Below, piece by piece: positions 9,301 through 18,198 of a DNA stretch of 32,000 nucleotides. The position numbers and the translations under genes are program-made. Every line of letters begins with the position of its first letter. Within the stretch, counting starts at the first letter, position 1. The DNA is from Wolbachia endosymbiont strain TRS of Brugia malayi. Its GTDB lineage: Bacteria > Pseudomonadota > Alphaproteobacteria > Rickettsiales > Anaplasmataceae. The stretch lies in NCBI RefSeq assembly GCF_000008385.1, contig NC_006833.1, positions 60,001 through 92,000 on the forward strand, given 5' to 3'. The notes beneath the pieces were generated by a model, which had not been told where the DNA came from, ran no database searches, and saw nothing but the letters and a program-made list of their open reading frames with translations.

Positions 9301-12300
9301 TTAATAAACCTCAGTAGGCCTACCAGTTGGACCCATAAGAATGATTTGCTCACCTTCTCTTAAGTATCTGCATAAATTAGTAGAGCCTCCGGTTTCCAGC
9401 ACAATAGTGGAAATAAGTCCTTTTTTTTTGTTTACTTCAGTGCCGGTTACAGCTATACCTTCCATAGCAAAAGTTGTATTATTGATTTTTCTACTATTGG
9501 TTTCGAAATTTTGTAACCTAAAGAATTGTCCAGGTTGAAAGTTTTTTGCAGCAAGTGGTGCTTTAATTACTACTTCCACAACTTTATCTGTTAAATATTG
9601 GACTTTTACTACTTTCGCAGTAAATTGTTCTTTAATCCTGTTAAAGAATTCTTCATTAGTTCGGTGACTTAGTGTCATTCCAGTACGTAACACTGGGGTC
9701 CAATTCTTTGTTAATTTCGCCGAAAATGTTGCATATTGCGTTTGTTTATAACCGATTTTGCTGAACCCCAGTGTCACGCACTGGGGTGACAAGAAAGAAG
9801 AACTGGAATGATACCCTTTCTGGTGGAGGTTGCTTTTAAGCCATAATGTTTGTATGGCTGTGTGTCTGGGCACTGAGATGACATCCTTTGTGATGAAAGT
9901 TACCCTTATATTATAACATTCATATAGTTGCGTATGTGACGCTGAGATTCCAGTATTAAGTACTGAGGTAATAGGAGAAGATATTGGAATGACAGTAGCG
10001 GTGTTAGCTCCACTCAAAAGCTGGGAAATAATAGGGTAACCGTTCTTGGCGCTTGCCATAGCTTTCACGACGCTGCCACTATACGAAGGGTGAAGGTCGC
10101 CAAAAAAACTAATTGTTCTACCACCTTGTTTATACACTAATATTCTATCTTTGTTTTGCATTTTAGGAGAGAGTATTGGATCTATTTCCTCTCCTAGTGA
10201 GTTTAGGTGGGTGAAATATCCATTGCTTAATTTAAAGTGCTTTTTATCTTCTGTTGCAATAACCGTGTTTGGCTCAGTGCCTGCTGCTATGAGGATAGAG
10301 CGTGCTTTTATATACTTAATTTCATGAGATTTTGTGTCGATCAGTTTTATTGACTCAATATGGCTATATTTATCCGTCATAATTTCAACTGGCTCTGAGT
10401 TTTCGATGAAGTAGATTCCTTCTGACAATGCATTTTGCACCTCTTCGCTATTTAATCGATAACTTGGCGAATCTTTTAGCTCTTTTCTGTATACAACTTT
10501 CACTCCCCCTAAGCTCTGCATTAGCTCCAATATTTTTGCTTCTCTATTCTCTTTTTTCGCTAATTCTTTCTCTTTGCAGATCAGCTGTGCGTGTGATATA
10601 AACTCGTCCGCAATTTCGCGTTCTTCTTCTGTCCAGTCTTTTTCAACATAGTCTTTTCCATATTTATCAACCAATACTTCGTAACGAAGAAGAAATTTTT
10701 CTGCTTGAATTGGATAGTACGCTAAAGCTTCGGTTGCAGTGTCAATTGCGGTGAGTCCCGCACCTATGATAACTATCGGCATACGGACTTGCAGGTTTGC
10801 TAAGGAATCAAGTTTGAGAGCACCAGTGAGTTGTAATGACATCAGAAAATCGGAAGCCATACGCACTCCACGAGCTAGTATATTCTTTATTTTTATCATT
10901 CTTGGTTTGCCAGAACCAAGTGCTAGGGCTATGTGATTAAAACCCAAATTGAACGCATCATCAACGGTTACTGTGCCACAGAAGCGAATACCTCCATAGA
11001 TTGCAAAATTCTCACGTCTTTCCAGTAATAATCTAATGATCTTTAAGTAATTTTTATCCCACCGAGAGGTAATGCCGTATTCTGCTACTCCACCAAACCC
11101 GTCAGCTATACGTTCACTCAATTTTTCATGTTTAAAATCTTTAATTGGCTGGAGATCATCGTTCAAAGGCTCTATTTTTAATCCATCAATAGCGATAACA
11201 TTGTGTCCATCATTTAATAAATGATGAGCTAAGTTAAAACCTGCAGGACCGAGCCCAACAACTAAGACGTTTTTTCCAGTATTTTCTTTTGGCAATGGCT
11301 GCTGAAAGTTTAAGGGGTTCCAGCGGCTAAGTAGAGAATATATTTCAAATCCATACGGCAAACTGAGCACATCATCCAAAATTCTTGTTTCAACCATTGG
11401 CACATTCACGGGTTCTTGTTTTTGATATATGCATGAATTCATGCAGTCATTGCATATTTTATATCCGGTAGCTGCACATAGCGGATTATCTATCATCGCA
11501 ATTGCAAGGCTTGCTATGTTGTACCCTTCACTTTTCACCAGATTCATTTCTGATATTTTCTGTTCCAGTGGGCAGCCGTGCAGTTCAACCTTGAGTGGTG
11601 ATCTTTTAAAGGTATTGTAGTTATTCAATAGACTTTTTATGCATCCCTCTGACATCTGAGTGCATTTCCCTGTCATCCCGGTGCTTGATACCGGGATCCA
11701 CTCTTCTTTTTTTTTGGATTTCAGTGTCATATGCTGGAATGACAACGAAGTTTCCAATAACCCTTTTGAACAGCTATCCTTATTTTGTTTATGACAGAAT
11801 ATGCAATAGTGAGCATTATCTAATGCTTTATCTAAACTTACCTTTTCACTTGTTAGATCAAAGCCATATCGTCTTTTTATTTTGTTTGAATACAGCACTT
11901 CAACTTTATCCACTTCTTTTTTAGAAAATGATATCAGATTTTCGTGATCAATTTTTCTGTGAATGTTAAAGAGTATACTTCGTTTATTTTTCACTCTCCA
12001 CGCTGCATATTGTGCTGCAAGTTCTATTTCATCTTTATGGTTTTCTCTGTCTTCAAACCAGTGCATCACCTGCTCGGCAAAAATTTTTTCTGTTGTTGGT
12101 AAAGTAAGAAAGCAATTTAGTTCACTGGTAACATAATCAATATCTATATTCTCTGTATCGGCATATTTCTTCAATGCGTAGCGCTGAACAAATAACCTTT
12201 TACATTTGTATATTACAGCAAAGTCGTTGTGCTTTTTCTTTAACTCTTCTATTTCTTTTTCAACATTGAAAAGTTTTGCAATAAACCCATCGAGTAAATA

Positions 12301-12636
12301 CGCAAGATCTATAATCAACTGGCTATCTGTCATTTGACTAGCTGACATTGGGTGTTTCCTGGATTCTAGTGTCGCGCACTGGAATGACACCGAAGAAGAA
12401 GCTGTGTTTTTGCTTGACACTGGTTCTTTTTTTCTAGATTCTGATGTCCAATACTGAAATGATGCTGAAGAAGGGGTTGTTTCTTCTCTCGCTTCAATCA
12501 ATGAGCAAAATAAATCTTCATCGCATGATTTGATATAATCTAAAAATGCCTCGTCTAATTTTATTAATCCATTGCGAGTGTATAAATTCGAAAATGAGGC
12601 ATTAAAATTCAGCAGCATTACTATATTATACAGCAC
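9301..12636 (-). CDS. GltD-like NAD(P)H-dependent oxidoreductase (glutamate synthase small-subunit-like) with C-terminal ferredoxin/flavodoxin-reductase-like domain start; probably truncated and carrying repeat insertions
   Basis: 'GKNVLVVGLGPAGFNLAHHLLNDGHNVIAIDG', 'NFAIYGGIRFCGTVTVDDAFNLGFNHIALALGSGKPR', 'PIVIIGAGLTAIDTATEALAYY', 'GRTISFFGDLHPSYSGSVVKAMASAKNGYP', then FNR-like 'KVVEVVIKAPLAAKNFQPGQFFRLQ' and 'GEQIILMGPTGRPTEVY*' at the end. Confidence 0.85.
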   Translation of the reverse strand: MLYNIVMLLNFNASFSNLYTRNGLIKLDEAFLDYIKSCDEDLFCSLIEAREETTPSSASFQYWTSESRKKEPVSSKNTASSSVSFQCATLESRKHPMSASQMTDSQLIIDLAYLLDGFIAKLFNVEKEIEELKKKHNDFAVIYKCKRLFVQRYALKKYADTENIDIDYVTSELNCFLTLPTTEKIFAEQVMHWFEDRENHKDEIELAAQYAAWRVKNKRSILFNIHRKIDHENLISFSKKEVDKVEVLYSNKIKRRYGFDLTSEKVSLDKALDNAHYCIFCHKQNKDSCSKGLLETSLSFQHMTLKSKKKEEWIPVSSTGMTGKCTQMSEGCIKSLLNNYNTFKRSPLKVELHGCPLEQKISEMNLVKSEGYNIASLAIAMIDNPLCAATGYKICNDCMNSCIYQKQEPVNVPMVETRILDDVLSLPYGFEIYSLLSRWNPLNFQQPLPKENTGKNVLVVGLGPAGFNLAHHLLNDGHNVIAIDGLKIEPLNDDLQPIKDFKHEKLSERIADGFGGVAEYGITSRWDKNYLKIIRLLLERRENFAIYGGIRFCGTVTVDDAFNLGFNHIALALGSGKPRMIKIKNILARGVRMASDFLMSLQLTGALKLDSLANLQVRMPIVIIGAGLTAIDTATEALAYYPIQAEKFLLRYEVLVDKYGKDYVEKDWTEEEREIADEFISHAQLICKEKELAKKENREAKILELMQSLGGVKVVYRKELKDSPSYRLNSEEVQNALSEGIYFIENSEPVEIMTDKYSHIESIKLIDTKSHEIKYIKARSILIAAGTEPNTVIATEDKKHFKLSNGYFTHLNSLGEEIDPILSPKMQNKDRILVYKQGGRTISFFGDLHPSYSGSVVKAMASAKNGYPIISQLLSGANTATVIPISSPITSVLNTGISASHTQLYECYNIRVTFITKDVISVPRHTAIQTLWLKSNLHQKGYHSSSSFLSPQCVTLGFSKIGYKQTQYATFSAKLTKNWTPVLRTGMTLSHRTNEEFFNRIKEQFTAKVVKVQYLTDKVVEVVIKAPLAAKNFQPGQFFRLQNFETNSRKINNTTFAMEGIAVTGTEVNKKKGLISTIVLETGGSTNLCRYLREGEQIILMGPTGRPTEVY
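9657..9975. repeat. Palindromic repeat element inserted in frame in the GltD-like ORF (element C)
   Basis: 'gtcattccagtacgtaacactggggtcc...ctgaaccccagtgtcacgcactggggtgac'. It contains a perfect 9-bp stem accccagtg/cactggggt at 9765-9787 and encodes atypical peptide ('...HQKGYHSSSSFLSPQCVTLGFSK...LRTGMTLSHRTN') between conserved segments. Confidence 0.75.
11648..11765. repeat. Palindromic repeat element inserted in frame in the GltD-like ORF (element B)
   Basis: 'ctgtcatcccggtgcttgataccgggatccactcttctttttttttggatttcagtgtcatatgctggaatgacaacgaag', with an 8-bp stem atcccggt/accgggat at 11675-11697. Confidence 0.75.
12343..12480. repeat. Repeat element(s) inserted in frame near the N terminus of the GltD-like ORF (element A)
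   Basis: 'ggattctagtgtcgcgcactggaatgacaccgaag...cttgacactggttctttttttctagattctgatgtccaatactgaaatgatgctgaag'. It encodes 'SFQYWTSESRKKEPVSSKNTASSSVSFQCATLESRKHP', i.e. two related units. Confidence 0.7.
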
Positions 12637-12663
12637 ATATACTGTTTTTCACAGATAAAAATT

Positions 12664-13104
12664 TTATATGTTTTGCAGCATAGCTAAAATTGTTGCTTCT
12701 GCAACTTTTTCCTCGCCAACATATGCGAAACACTCAAATTTACAAACGCTTAAGCGTGCATTTTTAAAGTCAGCTTGGAGAATCAATGTATCTCCTGGGG
12801 TAACTGGCTTCCTGAATTTTGCATTTTCAATGGACATAAGGTAAACAACTTTATTTTCCATCGTACTTTTACTGCCTTTGCCAAGAATACATATTGCAGA
12901 TGCCTGGGCCAAGGATTCAACTATTAAAACTCCTGGCATTATTGGATGATTGGGAAAGTGGCCAATAAAAAACGGCTCATTGAAAGTCACATTTTTAATT
13001 GCTTTTATACTTTTACTTGGATCGCATTCTATCACTCTATCTACTAAGAGAAATGGATAAGAGTGTGGTAATATTTTTATAATATCACTGATATTAAACT
13101 GCAT
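12664..13104 (-). CDS. fabZ: 3-hydroxyacyl-[acyl-carrier-protein] dehydratase FabZ
   Basis: '[22 protein letters not shown]', '[34 protein letters not shown]', '[14 protein letters not shown]'. Confidence 0.97.
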   Translation of the reverse strand: MQFNISDIIKILPHSYPFLLVDRVIECDPSKSIKAIKNVTFNEPFFIGHFPNHPIMPGVLIVESLAQASAICILGKGSKSTMENKVVYLMSIENAKFRKPVTPGDTLILQADFKNARLSVCKFECFAYVGEEKVAEATILAMLQNI

Positions 13105-13121
13105 GATACCTTAGAGTAAGC

Positions 13122-13682
13122 CTAGTTAACTCCTTTCAAAGTAAATTCTGGTATTTCCTTATTTATATTTTTTAATACTACATCTGATAAATCAATTTCA
13201 TTCATGGAGTATAAAACTTGATTTTTCTTTGAAATAAATAATACTAAGTCTATGTTGTTTTTTTCTGCTGTTTTTTTAGCAACTTCTTTTATCTTGTTAA
13301 AAACACTATCTACTGCGTCCCTATAACTTTCTTCCAGGTATGACATTTTTTTAGTGTAATTATCTCTAGCATTTAAAGCTAGCTTGTTAAATTGCTCAGC
13401 CCTTTCTTTTTTTGCTTCTTCTGACAAAAGTTCAAGTTCTTCTTTGGAAGGCTTAAGTTTGTCTAGCTCATTTTCGAACTCCTGCTGCAGCTTAGAGTTT
13501 TGCTCTTTTATTTGCTGTTGTATATTGTGCAAAGCAAGAGATTCATTGATAACTTTGTCACTATCAATAATTGCAACTTTTATGTTAAGCACACTCTGAG
13601 GTTGGTGTTTTACAACCTTGTAACCTGCAAATAAGGAAATAACTAAGGCAATAACTGATATAAACAATTGTGTATATTTCAT
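13122..13682 (-). CDS. skp: OmpH/Skp-family periplasmic chaperone
   Basis: 186 aa: N-terminal hydrophobic segment, 'KVAIIDSDKVINESLALHNIQQQIKEQNSKLQQEFENELDKL' coiled coil, located immediately downstream of bamA. Confidence 0.85.
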   Translation of the reverse strand: MKYTQLFISVIALVISLFAGYKVVKHQPQSVLNIKVAIIDSDKVINESLALHNIQQQIKEQNSKLQQEFENELDKLKPSKEELELLSEEAKKERAEQFNKLALNARDNYTKKMSYLEESYRDAVDSVFNKIKEVAKKTAEKNNIDLVLFISKKNQVLYSMNEIDLSDVVLKNINKEIPEFTLKGVN

Positions 13683-16019
13683 TTAAATCCCCACTTCAAT
13701 AGAAAATTTAATATTTGATGATGGTATTATATCATAGGGCTCCTTAGCTAAAGGAAATCCAAAATCTAACCTAAATCTACCACCAAAAGGAGAAGGCATT
13801 GAAAAACCAAAGCCTGGTGAAACTCTCACGAGCTTACTATCGTGATATTTCCCCTCATACTCCTTTTTAATATCTAAGCCAAAAAGTGTTGCATAGTCAA
13901 CAAATAATGAGCCTTTGATACCAACGTAATCGTATAATTTTGGTAGTGGAAAATCCACTTGTTGTGTTAGATTAAAATAAGTTTTGCCTCCTAACGAACT
14001 TTTATTTTTATCTTTTGCTCTTGGCCCAATACCAGAAAGGTCAAACCCCCTAATCTCATTACCGCCTTTAAAAAAGCGCTGGCCAATGTTTAGCTCTTTA
14101 TCAGTATAGGAAAAAATATAACCTGCTGCCATTTTAAAACGCAGTATTATATCATCATCAATTTTACTTAATATAGGATGCGTATAAAAAGATAAGAATT
14201 CAGATTTTAGGAAATTCATATTTCCTCCAAGCCCAGAGATATCCTGACTTAAACGCAACAAATACCCCTCTCTTGGAGCATAAAGATTGTCCAGTTTATT
14301 ATATGCTAATGTATATCCTACTGATGAAATTTGGTATTCACCTTGTTGACTCCGTATTATCTCAGAGATATCTTCATCTTTTCCACCCTTATTGTCCATG
14401 TGTATATGGTTATACTTATAAGAATAACGAATAGAATTAGTTAAGTTTTCTATAATTTTATGTAATAATTGTGCTATCCCTCCCCAGTCACAGCTATCAA
14501 AAGTAGTGTTTGGTTTATCTTGTCTTTCATAAAATACATCTACACCTAGTGATGTATCAGAATCATTAAAGTTATTTTCAACAACTTCTACATTGGTAGA
14601 AAATACATATTGACTTTTCTCAAGGGCGAAGGAGAGCTCTTTTCCAGTACCAAATAGATTACGGTCTTTGAAATCAGTTTTTATAAATGCTCCACCAGGA
14701 AAAGATACACCTCCTCCTAAATACAACGAAGTAGTATTTTTTTCTTTAACATTTAAGTCAAGATTTACTGCATTATCATTAATTGCATAACTATTTATTT
14801 TTACTGTTTCGAAGAAATCACTACCAATTAGTCTTCTACGTGACTTTTGAACCTCAGATGTATTGTACGCGTCACCTTCTGCTACACTGAGCTTGCTTCT
14901 AATTACTTTATCTAAAGTACGATCATTACCGTCGATTGTAATCTGATTTATATAAATTTTTTTACCTGGCAACACTCTATAAGTTACATCTACAACATTA
15001 CCGTGCTGTGTGTATTCTGGATTAACTTTTGCAAATATATATCCTATCTCGTTTAAATACTTGTTTATTTTTTCTACTGCATTGCTCACTTTAACCCTAT
15101 CGAATACTTTATTGTCTTCTTTAGTTATCAGTTCCAATACTTTCTCTTTTAAGTCTGGATCTTGAATTTCAGCTTCAACATTAACTTTGTTACTTCCAAA
15201 TAAATATTGTTGTCCTTCATCGATTAAAAAAGTTAACTCTATTTGATTATTATTATCAATTTCGGCAATTGGCTGAATACTATTATTAATATACCCCTTG
15301 GATGAATAAAAGCGATCGAGTAATTCTTCATTAGTTAACAAATACTGTGGCGAATAATGATTTCCACCTTTAAAAATGGCTCTAAACAACTTATTAAATA
15401 TATCATTACTTTGCACTTTTATAGCTCGCTCTAGCTCATTTTCAGAAAAGTTTTTATTACCTATAAATCTTACACTCTTAACTCTAGAGGTTTTACCTTC
15501 CTTTACTTTAAAGATTAAATTAACCCTATTACCATCAAGCTTGTCCAGCTCATATTCAACTTTAACACCAATCTTACCATTATGTCTGTAGAGAGTGACT
15601 AAATTCACTAAATCACTCTGCAATTTTGTCTCAGTGAAAATAGTTAAAGGTTTTGATTGGATAACATTATTTAGTAGTTCTTTGCTTTTAAATTGCTTAT
15701 TACCTTTTAATATTACCTTGTTAATCAACGGATTTTCTTGGACTTTTATTACCAATTTTTTTTCATTATCGATATAGGCATGAACACTAGCAAATAACTT
15801 TGTTTTATATAAGCTTTTTATAATCGAATCTATGTCGTCGTCATTTACATAACTATCGGGCTCTAATTTGATATAAAACTTTATTGTTTGATCGCCAACC
15901 CGCTCATTGCCAATGCATTTGATATCCTTTATTTGTGTTTTTTCATTATTTTCTGAAGCGGCAAGTAGGATAGGAAAAGAGATAAAAATTACTATTAGTA
16001 TATAAGATAGTTTTCTCAT
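13683..16019 (-). CDS. bamA: Outer membrane protein assembly factor BamA
   Basis: 778 aa: POTRA-like repeats ('IKCIGNERVGDQTIKFYIKLEPDSYV', 'SVRFIGNKNFSENELERAI', 'NQITIDGNDRTLDKVIRSKLSVAEGDAYN') and C-terminal barrel 'FFKGGNEIRGFDLSGIGPR', 'GFGFSMPSPFGGRFRLDFGFP'. Confidence 0.97.
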   Translation of the reverse strand: MRKLSYILIVIFISFPILLAASENNEKTQIKDIKCIGNERVGDQTIKFYIKLEPDSYVNDDDIDSIIKSLYKTKLFASVHAYIDNEKKLVIKVQENPLINKVILKGNKQFKSKELLNNVIQSKPLTIFTETKLQSDLVNLVTLYRHNGKIGVKVEYELDKLDGNRVNLIFKVKEGKTSRVKSVRFIGNKNFSENELERAIKVQSNDIFNKLFRAIFKGGNHYSPQYLLTNEELLDRFYSSKGYINNSIQPIAEIDNNNQIELTFLIDEGQQYLFGSNKVNVEAEIQDPDLKEKVLELITKEDNKVFDRVKVSNAVEKINKYLNEIGYIFAKVNPEYTQHGNVVDVTYRVLPGKKIYINQITIDGNDRTLDKVIRSKLSVAEGDAYNTSEVQKSRRRLIGSDFFETVKINSYAINDNAVNLDLNVKEKNTTSLYLGGGVSFPGGAFIKTDFKDRNLFGTGKELSFALEKSQYVFSTNVEVVENNFNDSDTSLGVDVFYERQDKPNTTFDSCDWGGIAQLLHKIIENLTNSIRYSYKYNHIHMDNKGGKDEDISEIIRSQQGEYQISSVGYTLAYNKLDNLYAPREGYLLRLSQDISGLGGNMNFLKSEFLSFYTHPILSKIDDDIILRFKMAAGYIFSYTDKELNIGQRFFKGGNEIRGFDLSGIGPRAKDKNKSSLGGKTYFNLTQQVDFPLPKLYDYVGIKGSLFVDYATLFGLDIKKEYEGKYHDSKLVRVSPGFGFSMPSPFGGRFRLDFGFPLAKEPYDIIPSSNIKFSIEVGI

Positions 16020-16026
16020 ATTTATC

Positions 16027-17151
16027 TTAAAAAAGATGCCTTATATCATTTGAGATTGCGATTGCCATTAGCAAGAACAAAACGGAAGCACCAAAAGTAG
16101 CTGCATATTTTTGATACTTCAAACTCAAATCTCTACGTATAACTGCTTCTATAATGTAGTGAAATAAATGTCCACCATCGAGTAATGGAATTGGCAGCAA
16201 GTTAATCGCAGCTAAATTAGCTGAGATAATTGCCATAAAGTATAAAACCATAATAAATCCTTTTTTAGCTGATTGCCCTGAATATTTTGCGATTTTTATC
16301 GGTCCACCTATTTCATTTACACTCCTCTTACCAACGATAATTTGAAAGAGAGCTTTGATTGTTAAGCACATAGTATGATAAGTTTCGCTTACTGACAAGC
16401 TCACAGCTCCAAAAAAAGATGACTGCCTTAACTCCTTTATGTTAACTGAAGTAATTCCTATGGTTTTTCTTTCTATTATGTTGCCAAAAATATCCTTATC
16501 TTCAATTGTCAATGGGGTAAGACTAGTGCTATACTCCTCATTATTCCTACTATATTTAATTTCTATTTTCGTTTCAGGGTTTGACATCATTACACGTGAA
16601 ATATCTTCAAAGTATTTTATTTTATACTCATTAATCTGTGTAATAGTGTCACCTGGTAATAGGCCAGCCTGCTTTGCTGCACTGCCTTCAATCACCTTTC
16701 CAATTACTGGTGGAGTGTGATAATAACCTACTACACTAAAAAATACCGTCAGGGCTATAATGGCAAATATCATATTTGCAAATGGTCCTGCAAAAACTAT
16801 TGCTGCTTTTTGATATCGAGGTTTTGTATGGAGTGAATATGACTTTTCCTCTTCGGTTAATTCTTGTTGATCAATTGGGGTGTTCGCTGCATTGTTGTCT
16901 CCTAGCATTTTAACATAGCCGCCAAGTGGAATAGCACTTAATTTCCATCTGGTTCCAGACTTATCGTAAAAACCAAAAATTCCTGGACCGAAGCCTATAG
17001 AAAAAGACTCAACTTTAACTTTGTATGCTTTGGCAATAATGTAATGTCCATATTCGTGCACAAATACTATGACAGAGATAATTAAGGAAAATGACAAAAA
17101 ATTATATATTCCACCGCCAAGTTGATGGATAAGATTAGAAATTAGTTCCAC
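16027..17151 (-). CDS. rseP: RIP metalloprotease RseP (site-2 protease)
   Basis: 'VIVFVHEYGHYIIAKAYKVKVESFSIGFGPGIFG' (HExxH), PDZ-like 'KVIEGSAAKQAGLLPGDTITQINEYKI', 'NLLPIPLLDGGHL'. Confidence 0.97.
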   Translation of the reverse strand: MELISNLIHQLGGGIYNFLSFSLIISVIVFVHEYGHYIIAKAYKVKVESFSIGFGPGIFGFYDKSGTRWKLSAIPLGGYVKMLGDNNAANTPIDQQELTEEEKSYSLHTKPRYQKAAIVFAGPFANMIFAIIALTVFFSVVGYYHTPPVIGKVIEGSAAKQAGLLPGDTITQINEYKIKYFEDISRVMMSNPETKIEIKYSRNNEEYSTSLTPLTIEDKDIFGNIIERKTIGITSVNIKELRQSSFFGAVSLSVSETYHTMCLTIKALFQIIVGKRSVNEIGGPIKIAKYSGQSAKKGFIMVLYFMAIISANLAAINLLPIPLLDGGHLFHYIIEAVIRRDLSLKYQKYAATFGASVLFLLMAIAISNDIRHLF

Positions 17152-17247
17152 CTATGTTTTTTTTAGATCTTAACCAAGTGTTAAGTATATTAAAACATGC
17201 CTCGCTTGACAAATGCTTAATTTAATCTTTTAATTAAAAAAAATTCA

Positions 17248-17529
17248 ATGACAATGACAGATATCTCTTTACTAAGAAGAAAATTGATATATAGAAGCTG
17301 GCATAGAGGCTGCAAAGAAACCGATATCCTTTTAGGATACTTTGCGCTGAATTATCTTGATAAATTTTCCCTGAACGAACTAATTGAGTATGAAAAAATA
17401 GTTGATCTTGATGACTATGAGTTATATTGCTATATAACTTGCAAGACAAATCTTCCTTCTAACTTAAGTAGTGATATAGTCAATTTGATTACTCATTTTA
17501 TTAAAGCTAATCCTTTATGCACTCAATGA
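17248..17529 (+). CDS. sdhE: SdhE-like succinate dehydrogenase flavinylation/assembly factor (DUF339)
   Basis: 93 aa: 'LLRRKLIYRSWHRGCKETDILLGYFALNYLDKFSLNELIEYEKIVDLDDYELYCYI' matches the SdhE R(S)xRxGxxExDxxLxxF...D.ly.w pattern. Confidence 0.8.
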   Translation: MTMTDISLLRRKLIYRSWHRGCKETDILLGYFALNYLDKFSLNELIEYEKIVDLDDYELYCYITCKTNLPSNLSSDIVNLITHFIKANPLCTQ

Positions 17530-17824
17530 TCTTATTTACCCTATCTAATACTTCAGTATATTCTGTTCTTTTTTCGTTTTTATAGTTTTCACGTTTTTGA
17601 TTTATTTCATCCAACTTTTTTGTTAGCTCTAAAACTTTATCTTCAAGAATCAATGCTGCAAGCAGGAAATTTAATGTATCCGAGCCCTTACCTCCAGTTT
17701 TGTGAGATATAGAACTAACTAGTTTGTTAAAACTATTAGCAAGATGTAGTAAATGATCCTTCTTTCCACTTTCACAAGATATTTTATATGTACTATTACG
17801 TATAACTATTTCTACTACTTGCAT
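17507..17824 (-). CDS. zapA: Cell division protein ZapA-like
   Basis: 105 aa: 'VVEIVIRNSTYKISCESGKKDHLLHLANSFNKLVSSISHK...LNFLLAALILEDKVLELTKKLDEI', typical ZapA layout. Confidence 0.75.
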   Translation of the reverse strand: MQVVEIVIRNSTYKISCESGKKDHLLHLANSFNKLVSSISHKTGGKGSDTLNFLLAALILEDKVLELTKKLDEINQKRENYKNEKRTEYTEVLDRVNKIIECIKD

Positions 17825-17896
17825 ATAATGCTGAAAGTTTTTATTGTACAGTGTTAACTTAAACCTCTGCTTTTATCTTGTTTGCAGTATAAACTT

Positions 17897-18175
17897 TTAT
17901 TCGTTTATTAAATCGGATAATTTTTTACTGCTACGAAAATATGTTTTAAAGTATTGATTTTTTGCAAACTTCTGTAACATCAAATGACTCGTTTCTTTTA
18001 GGTTATAACTCCTAATTGAAAAGGAACCAAACCCCCTAATTTCAACTCTGTTATGATGCTCCAATGTACTTGAAAGTATCTCAAAAAATCTGTTAACTAT
18101 GGCTGCTATAACTATCCTATCCAAAAGAGGATGCCTTTTTGCCACTTTCATTATTATATTAGATTTCGTTGCCAT
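17897..18175 (-). CDS. Integration host factor/HU-family DNA-binding protein
   Basis: 92 aa: 'AAIVNRFFEILSSTLEHHNRVEIRGFGSFSIRSYNLKE', immediately downstream of rpsA. Confidence 0.9.
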   Translation of the reverse strand: MATKSNIIMKVAKRHPLLDRIVIAAIVNRFFEILSSTLEHHNRVEIRGFGSFSIRSYNLKETSHLMLQKFAKNQYFKTYFRSSKKLSDLINE

Positions 18176-18198
18176 TTATACAAAGCTAAAATTATACA

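Noticed and set aside
10739-11924. Plus-strand ORFs inside the GltD-like gene
   Set aside because: Antisense shadows with no recognisable domains.
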